A stretch of DNA of 44,023 bases from IMG/VR virus record IMGVR_UViG_3300030620_000014, positions 1 through 44,023 of that record. One strand, given 5' to 3'. The stretch comes from a virus. Taxonomy: Duplodnaviria > Caudoviricetes. The notes beneath the pieces were generated by a model, which saw nothing but the letters and a program-made list of their open reading frames with translations, did no database searches and was not told the DNA's origin. Shown here in pieces: positions 24,621 to 32,517 of this stretch (positions are counted from its first letter, which is position 1; the number at the start of each line of letters is the position of its first letter). The position numbers were made by a program, and so were the translations under genes.

Positions 24621-26900
24621 CTATATCTCCTCGGCGCCGTCCTCCGAGAGGGGGGGAACACCCCCGGGCAATCCCTGTCCCGGCTCCTGCGGCACCTGTT
24701 CGGGCAGCGGCGTCGGGAGGTCCGGGGCCGCCGTCGCCCGGCTGCGCTCCGCCTCCTCCGCCGACACCGCGGTGCGGTACACTTCCGTATCCGCCTTGAT
24801 GGCGGCCGTACCTATCTTCGACCCGAACTCCGCCCGGATCTTCTCCATCTGCACGGCCGCGTCGATGGACGCCTTGTCGCGCTCAAGGTCGTCCTTCCGC
24901 ATCATCTCCTCACGCTTGAGCGCGAGTTCGCCCTCGGCCTTGGCCGCCTCGTAGTCCACGCGCCGCTGTTCGATCTCCGCGAGGAGCACGGCCGGGTCCT
25001 GCTGCGGCTCCTGCTCCGCCTGCGCCTGCTCGAACTGCTGTTGCTGTTGCGTGTCCCACGGGAGGAAGAAGTCGTTCGAGTTTGCCCACCCGGCAAGCTC
25101 CATCCGCCGCGCGAGCGTCTTTCGGATGACCTGCCAGTTCACGAACGGGGCGCCGGCTTGCAGCAGAACCATCTGCTGCTCGAGCGCCGCGTCCAACTGT
25201 GCGACCTTCTCCTCCGTGAGCCCCATTCCGAGGGCCACGTTCACACGGACGTCGAGCGTGGCGTCCCATTTGTTCGGGTCCACCTCGACGTATTCGTTCC
25301 GCAGCCGAATGACACGCCGTTTCGTCTCCGACCCGTGCGCCACGAGCAGCCGGAGAATCCCCTTGTAGAGATCCTTGACGCCCGTCTCCGCGAAGATGCG
25401 GGCCGTCCACTCCAACTGCTGCTGGCCGCCCGAAACGGTCGCCTGCACAGCGGCCTTCGTGGTGGACTGCATGACGTCCGGATCGAGGCCCTGCGCGGCC
25501 TTCGATCGGCCTACGGCGTCCTCTACCTGAGAGTCGAGGTAGCCGAACAGGGGGAGCGCCTCCCCGCCAACCCACCGATGATCGACCGGCCGGTAGGAGT
25601 TCGGATCGCTCGTCTTGGACCGGATGATCCGTGACAGCGCCCGGGAGAGAACGTCCTTCATGTTGACCTTGGACGAGTCGACCACCGTCACGGGGTCGAT
25701 CGCGTTAGCCAGCGAGTCGAGCACGCCGCGAGCGACGAACGACTTGATGGCCTGATACTGCATCGTGCTGTCAGCCTGCGAGAGTCCCACGAAGGCGTGG
25801 GCCTCGGGGTCGTAGGTCAGGAACGAGAACGGGATCTCGTCGACCGGCTCGCCATATCCGTCGCCGTTCAGGATCTCGTAGTCGTCGCCGACCACCTCGA
25901 AGCAGCGAAGCTCCGCGATACCGTCGCCGTCGACGTCGACCCGCATGTAAATCTCGCCGTACAACGTCGGCAGGGTGGCGGGGTCCTGCTGATCCCGGCC
26001 CACCACGCCTCCACGCCCGGCGGCACCGCCGTCGACTCGACGAACGCTGTCCGGGTCCTCGTTCTGCGGCCTGCGCGTGCGGCCGGCGTGCTCCTCGATC
26101 ACCTCCGGGTCATGCCCGAGGGAGACGATGAAGTCTGCCGGCACCTCGCGGACGTGTCCAACGATACGCGAGTCCATCTTGGTCCGCCCGCTCGGGCTCC
26201 AGATCATCTCCTCCGGGGGCACCGCGGCAAACCGGACGCGCCCGTCGAAAACTGTGACCGTGATACGGACGTCGTAGACTTCCTCGTCCGTCTCGGGGTG
26301 GACCCCAACAGGCTCGGACTCGACCGCGTAGTCGACGCCCTGCTCCGCCTCGTATTCCGTCAGGAGCGCGGACAACTCTGCGAGCGTAATCGCCTCGAAC
26401 TCCTCGATCACGACTTCCTCGGTGTCCTCCCACCAATACTTCATGGTCCCGAGGCGCCGGAGGCCGGCGTCGTCGAACCATGACTTGAACTCGAGGAACC
26501 CGGGGTTGTCCTCGCGGACCACGACATTCACCACGTCGGTCTGCTGCTCCGCGATGGCGACGTCCTCCGCCTCACGGGGCATGAACTCCACGACCCGCTC
26601 CGGGCCGAAGAACACGCGCATCAGCGAGGGCATGGTCTGCCGCCAAGCGTCCCGCACCGTCGTGATGACGATCTGTGAGCGGTCCTTCTCCTCGTTCCCG
26701 AACGGATCGCCCCGATAGTACTCGGTGGCCCGCGTGATGAACGGGTCGAGATGTTCCTCGCGCCATGCGAAGGCCTCATCCGCCGCCAGAGCGAGCAGGG
26801 AGCGCACTTCGTCGGGCGACATATTCGGCGAGGCCTCGGAACCTTCCGCGTCCTCTATCTCGTCCTCACTCAGCACGTAGTATTCGGTCCCGTCGCTCAT
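24621..26900 (-). CDS. Portal protein (P22-like)
   Basis: 759 aa; ATEYYRGDPFGNEEKDRSQIV, PSLMRVF, DVDGDGIAELR, ARIFAETGVK; follows TerL. Confidence 0.9.
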   Translation of the reverse strand: MSDGTEYYVLSEDEIEDAEGSEASPNMSPDEVRSLLALAADEAFAWREEHLDPFITRATEYYRGDPFGNEEKDRSQIVITTVRDAWRQTMPSLMRVFFGPERVVEFMPREAEDVAIAEQQTDVVNVVVREDNPGFLEFKSWFDDAGLRRLGTMKYWWEDTEEVVIEEFEAITLAELSALLTEYEAEQGVDYAVESEPVGVHPETDEEVYDVRITVTVFDGRVRFAAVPPEEMIWSPSGRTKMDSRIVGHVREVPADFIVSLGHDPEVIEEHAGRTRRPQNEDPDSVRRVDGGAAGRGGVVGRDQQDPATLPTLYGEIYMRVDVDGDGIAELRCFEVVGDDYEILNGDGYGEPVDEIPFSFLTYDPEAHAFVGLSQADSTMQYQAIKSFVARGVLDSLANAIDPVTVVDSSKVNMKDVLSRALSRIIRSKTSDPNSYRPVDHRWVGGEALPLFGYLDSQVEDAVGRSKAAQGLDPDVMQSTTKAAVQATVSGGQQQLEWTARIFAETGVKDLYKGILRLLVAHGSETKRRVIRLRNEYVEVDPNKWDATLDVRVNVALGMGLTEEKVAQLDAALEQQMVLLQAGAPFVNWQVIRKTLARRMELAGWANSNDFFLPWDTQQQQQFEQAQAEQEPQQDPAVLLAEIEQRRVDYEAAKAEGELALKREEMMRKDDLERDKASIDAAVQMEKIRAEFGSKIGTAAIKADTEVYRTAVSAEEAERSRATAAPDLPTPLPEQVPQEPGQGLPGGVPPLSEDGAEEI

Positions 26901-28423
26901 ACGATTCCTCCGGCACGCGAGGGGAGTTCCTCATTCCAGTTGGCGCCGCCCGATTCGAGCCCGCCAGTCATGAGGGACACGTCCTCCGCGAAAGTCAGCA
27001 CGAGAGCGTCTGCGATGTCCGGCGAGGCTACGCCCCGCTTCCGCATCTCGTCTTTGCTCTCGACGTGGATTCTTCCACTCGACATGATCTTGTACTTCGG
27101 CGCCGCCAACTCGGAGATCATCCGGGTCACGGGGTCCTTCTTCGGGTCACAGTCCTTCGGCGGAGGCTCGATCGCGACGTCCAGCCCGAGGAGCCACTCC
27201 CGCGCCCTCCACCACAACTCCGAGCGCAGCCGATCGAACCTCGGGTCGACATCCCCGGTCTCCGCGACGTTGATGCCGCGTACCGGGAGCTTCAACTCGA
27301 GCAGCCTGTCCACCACGCCGCCGCCGAGGCCCACCACGTCGATGAGAATCACGTAGGGGCGGTCGCCGGGGAGCGTGTTGTCCCATTTGTGCTTGATCTT
27401 CCCCGCGGTCTGCATGAGGTCGACGCCCTCCCAATAGTCGGCCTCGAGCACCCGTCGTTTGTTCCGCACGACGAGCGCGTTCTTCGCCGACCCGAACCGG
27501 GCCACGTCCACCCCCCACACGCAGGGGAGGTTCGGCATCGTCTTGATCTCCCGCTCCGAGGCGGAGATGATCGAGTGATACGGGATCACCTGATCGTCGT
27601 CGCCCTTCGGGAACTCCCCGAGGACGCGGATGCGGTAGGCGTTCGACTCGAGCCCGTAGAGGACCGCCTGTTCCTCCACGTAGTCGGCGCCCGGTCGGCC
27701 GGACGGAATACCGCTCGGCCAGTCCGCCACCGCGGCGCAGACGTGATACGTGCGCCACATGTGCGCCGTGCGGTGATGCGACTCGAAGAAGAAGCCGGTC
27801 GTCCTGACCGGGTTCCCCGCGAGCACCGTCACCGCAAACTCGCCAAGCTCCGGGTTCCCCGACATGGAGCCGGACCCCGCCTCGAAGATCGCCTCGGGAA
27901 TCCCCGACGCCTCGTCCCCGATGATGAGGACGTTATGCGAGTGAATCCCTTGGAGCGCCTCGGGCTGCTCCGCCCGGGCGGTCCGACAGGTGAAGAATGA
28001 CCCCGCGGGGTGCGCCTTCAATTCGATGCGGTTCGACTTCACGGTGAACAAGGCCTGCATCGGCTCCGGGAGCCGGGCGTGCCAGAGCATCACTTCGGAG
28101 AACAGCCCGTCGAAAAGCTGCCCCTGCGTGGGCGCCGTGGCCACCGTTTTCTGCGGGTATCGGGTCAGCAGCATGTACCAGACGAGCCACGCGAGCAGAC
28201 AGGTCTTGCCCACCCCGTGACATGATCGGATGCTGATGCGCCGCTCGCCGCGGCCGATGTCCTCGAGCACTTCCCGCTGCCACTCGTCCGGCTCGGCGCC
28301 GAACACCTCGCGGACGAACTGCACCGGGCCTTCCTCGCCGGCCAACGCGGCGTACCGGGTCAGCCAGCGGTCGAGCACCGACATGGCGGCCTTCTGCTCG
28401 GGCGTTTTCGGCGTGAAGCTCAC
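26897..28423 (-). CDS. terL: Terminase large subunit
   Basis: Walker A SCHGVGKT, Walker B IIGDEAS, GNP, and nuclease motifs GVDVARFG and SPDIADAL. Confidence 0.95.
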   Translation of the reverse strand: MSFTPKTPEQKAAMSVLDRWLTRYAALAGEEGPVQFVREVFGAEPDEWQREVLEDIGRGERRISIRSCHGVGKTCLLAWLVWYMLLTRYPQKTVATAPTQGQLFDGLFSEVMLWHARLPEPMQALFTVKSNRIELKAHPAGSFFTCRTARAEQPEALQGIHSHNVLIIGDEASGIPEAIFEAGSGSMSGNPELGEFAVTVLAGNPVRTTGFFFESHHRTAHMWRTYHVCAAVADWPSGIPSGRPGADYVEEQAVLYGLESNAYRIRVLGEFPKGDDDQVIPYHSIISASEREIKTMPNLPCVWGVDVARFGSAKNALVVRNKRRVLEADYWEGVDLMQTAGKIKHKWDNTLPGDRPYVILIDVVGLGGGVVDRLLELKLPVRGINVAETGDVDPRFDRLRSELWWRAREWLLGLDVAIEPPPKDCDPKKDPVTRMISELAAPKYKIMSSGRIHVESKDEMRKRGVASPDIADALVLTFAEDVSLMTGGLESGGANWNEELPSRAGGIV

Positions 28424-28424
28424 C

Positions 28425-28643
28425 CTATCCCTCCTCGGGCGGTTCGGGGATGAAGTTCAGCGGCGACCACACCACCTCCGGGACATCCTCCTCGTAGAAC
28501 TCGGCCGGACAGTCGTCGCCGGTGCAGCCGAATATCAGCGCGTCGGCCCACACGAGTCTCGTCCCGCAGAACGGGCAGTCGATATGGTCGCCGTCCGTCA
28601 CAGGCAAAGCTCCCCAATCGGAGTAATGGTCGTCGTTCGTCAC
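28425..28643 (-). CDS. Small Zn-ribbon protein
   Basis: GGGGAG RBS plus GTG; CPFCG...CTGDDC. Confidence 0.55.
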   Translation of the reverse strand: MTNDDHYSDWGALPVTDGDHIDCPFCGTRLVWADALIFGCTGDDCPAEFYEEDVPEVVWSPLNFIPEPPEEG

Positions 28644-28656
28644 AGGCAAGGCTCCC

Positions 28657-28809
28657 CTACGGCACACGCCGCGTCTTTCTCGTGTACTGAGATTTCCGGT
28701 CGAGCTTCTCGCTCAGCCGGCGCTCCCGATCCTTCTCCTCGGCGCGGGCCAGATCGGCCAGCCGGGGGTCCGGGGCGTTCGGGTCTTTCTGCACGTCCCT
28801 GATTCCCAT
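28657..28809 (-). CDS. Small hypothetical protein (50 aa, not in the ORF track)
   Basis: GAGG RBS and ATG28809; MGIRDVQKDPNAPDPRL...RRVP fills the gap between neighbouring genes. Confidence 0.5.
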   Translation of the reverse strand: MGIRDVQKDPNAPDPRLADLARAEEKDRERRLSEKLDRKSQYTRKTRRVP

Positions 28810-28824
28810 GTCGTCCTCTCTGGC

Positions 28825-29532
28825 CTAGTCGTCGCTCCAGACGTCCATCGTCAGAATCCGGCATCCGGTCGAGCCGAACATATGGACCCCCATCTTCCCG
28901 GCGTCCGTGATCGGCGATCCGAGCGCCGCGGCGTCGTACTCCAGCCACGTCTCCGGCTCGGAATCGTTCTCCTCCCACGCCTTCATGCCGATCACGTCGT
29001 CCACCACCCGGGCGCGGATGAACCACGTTTCCCCGGATGAGAACTCTCGATCGCGCGTGGCGCGGCTGGTGAAGGAGCCGTTGACGATCGTCCCGATCCG
29101 CTCGGTGTCGAGGTTGAGCCCGGCTTCGATTCCGTCGTTCTGCGACGTCCCGGTGTCCTCCGAGACGTGCATGATGATCTTCGGCCCGATCGTGTCGCTT
29201 TCGAGCACGACCTGAATCAGCACCTCGAGATTCGCCAGTTCGCCCGGCGGCTCCCACACGACAGCGTGGAACGACGACCCCGAGGCGGACTTGTCCATCT
29301 GGATGTCGCCACCCCCAGCGTCGGCGAACGTCCATTGCTGGACCGTCGACCATTGGAGCGTGAAGTCGTCCTCGGCCTCCACGAACCCCGTATCGTACTC
29401 GTCGAAGTCGGTGGAGAAGTCACCCCCGCCCACATTTCGCCCCGCCGGCGCCCCGCCCCCTCCTCCGCCGGCCCCGAAGATCACCTCGAGGACCGTCGCG
29501 AGGGCCAGCCTTCTGCCGAGCCGACTACGCAT
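28825..29532 (-). CDS. Putative virion protein with lectin-like beta-sandwich
   Basis: Gly linker followed by a beta-rich domain (WFIRARV...MKAWE...EPETW). Confidence 0.55.
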   Translation of the reverse strand: MRSRLGRRLALATVLEVIFGAGGGGGGAPAGRNVGGGDFSTDFDEYDTGFVEAEDDFTLQWSTVQQWTFADAGGGDIQMDKSASGSSFHAVVWEPPGELANLEVLIQVVLESDTIGPKIIMHVSEDTGTSQNDGIEAGLNLDTERIGTIVNGSFTSRATRDREFSSGETWFIRARVVDDVIGMKAWEENDSEPETWLEYDAAALGSPITDAGKMGVHMFGSTGCRILTMDVWSDD

Positions 29533-29815
29533 CGAGCAGCGACCGGAGGCGGACCACCACGGACGGGCTGGTCGAGTCGGCGATCGAAACGCGGACGTCG
29601 CCGGCCGGCAAGGCCGTCACGGCGTGCCCCGCGGCCGTCATGGTCGTGCTGAGGGCGAACGTGCTCCCGCCGTCCTTGTCCCGCCATTCCAGCGTCAGCG
29701 TACCGCCGCCAAAATCCCCGGAGGCGATCACGACGATCGACCCCCCGGGATGATAGACGAAAGCGGAATCTCCGTCCTCCGTCAGCGTCACATCAAGGCT
29801 TGAGGGTCGCGCCAT
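29525..29815 (-). CDS. Small beta-rich protein (possible capsid decoration)
   Basis: GGAG RBS; SGDFGGGTLTLEW and VRVSI strands. Confidence 0.55.
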   Translation of the reverse strand: MARPSSLDVTLTEDGDSAFVYHPGGSIVVIASGDFGGGTLTLEWRDKDGGSTFALSTTMTAAGHAVTALPAGDVRVSIADSTSPSVVVRLRSLLDA

Positions 29816-30193
29816 GGTTGATCTCCCGTAAGTTTAACTATTTTGGTACTTAGCCGGATTGCTGATCCGGTGAATCTCCAGATTTTTCGGAGCGCACGGT
29901 CGGCCCGCGCGGCGTTGCCCCCTGCCCGAGGGACCCAAGGTGGGGGGCCTCTAACTGACTCCCACACCAGCACTTACGCGACCTGCCACATCGGCGCCTC
30001 GCCCCTGCCAGATCGGCACATCGCCCATCCGCCAGCCTGCCAATATGACAGGTGGGGCTGAGTGGGGCGCCATCCCATCGGATGCAGTGATCTGCCGATA
30101 TGGCAGGACGAGCGTCGCGCGGATGTGCGAGTCAGGGAAGCGGTCGGCCGCGCGCACTGGATCACGAAAAACGTTATTCTGCGCATATGAAAT

Positions 30194-30508
30194 CTACAGT
30201 TGCTCGCCTTCTAGCGACTCGCTCTCGTCTGACTCGCCCAGTCCCACGGGCTGGAAGCTCGTGTCCTCGACGTGACCAGCGTATGGCACCTCGGGCTCGA
30301 GCACCTCGGTCAACGCCTCGTCCACCTCAGCCTCGAGAGCGGCTTGCTCCGCCTCCGTCTCGAACCCGCGGTCGAACCACGGCGCCGGCTCGAGAGCCTC
30401 CGCCATCACCCCATCAAGAGATGCGCTGTCCTCGCTGGTCACGGCCGAGCGGCTCTCCAACTCGGCCACGCGGGCTCGGAGTTCCTTGACTACCGCGTAC
30501 AGATCCAT
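30194..30508 (-). CDS. Acidic hypothetical protein
   Basis: GGAGG RBS before ATG30508; LRARVAELE coiled-coil start. Confidence 0.6.
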   Translation of the reverse strand: MDLYAVVKELRARVAELESRSAVTSEDSASLDGVMAEALEPAPWFDRGFETEAEQAALEAEVDEALTEVLEPEVPYAGHVEDTSFQPVGLGESDESESLEGEQL

Positions 30509-30716
30509 CGGTGCCTCCCACAGGCAATGAGTCAACCCACACAGAGTCGGCATGACAGATCCCCGCCACACCGATTAGCCTCCCCTGAGCGTCAGGCACG
30601 GGGATGCCGTACATGCACTCCTCCGGGGCGAAGCGTGATCCCGCCTCGTAGCTACAGGCAATAGGTGTCAGCGCCAGTGTGAGACACCACAGGATATCGA
30701 CTTTCGAAAGACGCAT
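30414..30716 (-). CDS. Possible lipoprotein
   Basis: Signal-like N-terminus ending PIAC; overlaps the next gene by about 95 nt, which lowers confidence. Confidence 0.4.
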   Translation of the reverse strand: MRLSKVDILWCLTLALTPIACSYEAGSRFAPEECMYGIPVPDAQGRLIGVAGICHADSVWVDSLPVGGTDGSVRGSQGTPSPRGRVGEPLGRDQRGQRIS

Positions 30717-30720
30717 GACA

Positions 30721-31083
30721 CTACCTCACCTGAGCTTGTACATACATCCCCTCGCTGATACGCACGGTCACATCACCGCACGCTCCAACCCGAGGGGCCG
30801 GCGTCCAGCCCGAATCGTACTTCCCGCCCCGCACCACCGTCGCCGTGACGTTGGCGAGAGGGTGAAAGTACATCCGAGGGACGTAGAACACCGTCGTCTC
30901 GAGGCCCGTCGCCGTCCGGGTGGACCACCACGAGCCGACACGCATCCGAACATCGGACCCGGAGTCGTTGACCACCGTAACCCGCGCCTCCTGTGAACAC
31001 CACCTCGACGGCCCCACACTCGGACCGCTCGCCGGCATACAACCGGCCCACAGGATCATGAACATCAGCGCGAGCATACGCAT
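30721..31083 (-). CDS. Putative lipoprotein with beta-sandwich domain
   Basis: MRMLALMFMILWAG-C lipobox-like signal, then VTVVNDSGSDV. Confidence 0.65.
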   Translation of the reverse strand: MRMLALMFMILWAGCMPASGPSVGPSRWCSQEARVTVVNDSGSDVRMRVGSWWSTRTATGLETTVFYVPRMYFHPLANVTATVVRGGKYDSGWTPAPRVGACGDVTVRISEGMYVQAQVR

Positions 31084-31102
31084 GGCCTCAACTACTCCTC
31101 GT

Positions 31103-31609
31103 CTAAATCGAACTCAACTCCTCAAAGTCCGCGTCGGGAATCTCCTCGTCGTGATCTGCCGCGTTGAGCCGCGGCGGCGCACCCGCACTCTGAAGGGCCG
31201 CCAAGTGAAGCTGGCCAAGGTCGAGAACGCCTATCGCCGCGAGGGGATCGTCCCCGTACTGCGATCGGTCACGTTTGGCCGCCAGCCACTTCTTGTGGTC
31301 CACCTTCAGCTTCGTCCGGCTCACCTCGGCGGACGTCGGGTCCCTCACCTTGTCCAGCTTGTCGAGGTCCTCGAAGCTCGACTCGATCAGGGCGTCCGCG
31401 GAATCCGCCTTCGCCTCCTGATACGCCTCGTCGATCTCCGGTCCCCCGTATCGAATCGCGTCCCGGAGGAGGTCGTAGCTCACTCCGAGACTCTTGGCGA
31501 TATGGCTCATGTACTCGCCCGCGCGGACTCGAGAGAACACAACCTCGTCCCACCCCCCGCCCTCCTCGATCCGGCGAAGCAGGGCCTTCCGCTTCGGTCT
31601 GCCGGCCAT
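31103..31609 (-). CDS. terS: Terminase small subunit (Sf6-like)
   Basis: HTH (GEYMSHIAKSLGVSY), Y.EAK...ADAL and KLKVDHKKWLAAKRDRSQYGD. Confidence 0.85.
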   Translation of the reverse strand: MAGRPKRKALLRRIEEGGGWDEVVFSRVRAGEYMSHIAKSLGVSYDLLRDAIRYGGPEIDEAYQEAKADSADALIESSFEDLDKLDKVRDPTSAEVSRTKLKVDHKKWLAAKRDRSQYGDDPLAAIGVLDLGQLHLAALQSAGAPPRLNAADHDEEIPDADFEELSSI

Positions 31610-31736
31610 GGCCCCTACTCCCCTCCGTATCCTAGGAACGTGTCGCGCGTAGGCTCTCACCCTTTCGGGGTCCCTACGGGTAGCCGCCCCGGTGACACCC
31701 CCTCAGCACCCCTCCCCCTAGGGCACCTGAGAATCC

Positions 31737-32130
31737 GTAGCAGAGTTGCCTAAGTCCTTGTCACATAAGGCCAAACTCTGCTACACCCCCAAAAGTAGCA
31801 GATGTCGCAGAGTTGCTGTAACAGCGCAACCAGCATACGCTTACAGGCATAAGGACCCCTTCCCGAGGGGTCAGTAGCAGATGTCGCAGAGTTGGCAGTT
31901 TCACACTTACGGCGTTTTCCCCACTCTGCCCGCTCGGAACCCGTTTCGTAGCAGAGTTCATAAGTCCAAGGGCCATAAGGCTGAACTCTGGTACAACTAT
32001 CACACACTCTAGCTGTAGCAGAGTTTAGATATATATCACATACACTTACAGCTTCTACTCCTTAACTCTGCTACACCCCCCTGTAGCAGAGTTCAGTCAT
32101 ATATCCCATAGACTTAACAAACTCTGCTAC
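31737..32130. repeat. Iteron-like repeat cluster (candidate replication origin or packaging control)
   Basis: GTAGCAGAGTT occurs 4 times forward and 4 times inverted (one variant), plus two exact 22-bp direct repeats; the region is AT-richer and non-coding. Confidence 0.75.
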
Positions 32131-32300
32131 GCCTCCTGAGTTTAAGAGGGTCGCCCATTTCGCCCTCAACCACCTGTGGCGCCAGACCATCAGTTTGTAA
32201 CATCGCCGATCCGGGGTGTCGAGTACCCCCGAAACGCCTTTTCGGTACCATTCGGTACCCTACCGAACAGACACCGAAAGTAGCCTCGAGAGGCGCCGGC

Positions 32301-32339
32301 CGCCCCCCGGTCGCCCCCCGGTCGCCCCCCGGTCGCCCC
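32301..32339. repeat. Tandem repeat (CGCCCCCCGGT) x about 3.5
   Basis: Read directly from the sequence. Confidence 0.85.
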
Positions 32340-32454
32340 GACGCCGCGCAGACCGCCCTATCTCGTGGCATTATGACCACATATGCCATTTTGCCCGCAG
32401 CAGGCATAATCAGCTAAGTGCCGTGCCTTTGGCATTTACCCGGTCGTGCCCCGG

Positions 32455-32469
32455 TGGCACGGGACCTGC
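32455..32469 (+). promoter_or_regulatory. Putative sigma54 (-24/-12) promoter of the early operon
   Basis: TGGCACGGGACCTGC vs consensus TGGCACG-N4-TTGC, with correct GG/GC spacing, about 50 nt upstream of ATG32518. Confidence 0.6.
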
Positions 32470-32517
32470 GTTACGTGTGCGCGCAGGTTCCTCTCACGAG
32501 ACGGAGACGAGACCACC

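Noticed and set aside
5089-31609. Genome-wide TAG reassignment (genetic code 15)
   Set aside because: TAGs fall at natural ends of full-length recognisable proteins, are followed by RBS plus start codon, and never interrupt conserved domains. Several TAG junctions are out of frame. Only partial or conditional read-through remains plausible.
31737-32130. Possible CRISPR mini-array
   Set aside because: The repeats are 11 bp, alternate in orientation and have partly shared spacers. The Cas4-like gene is the common DUF2800 phage replication nuclease.
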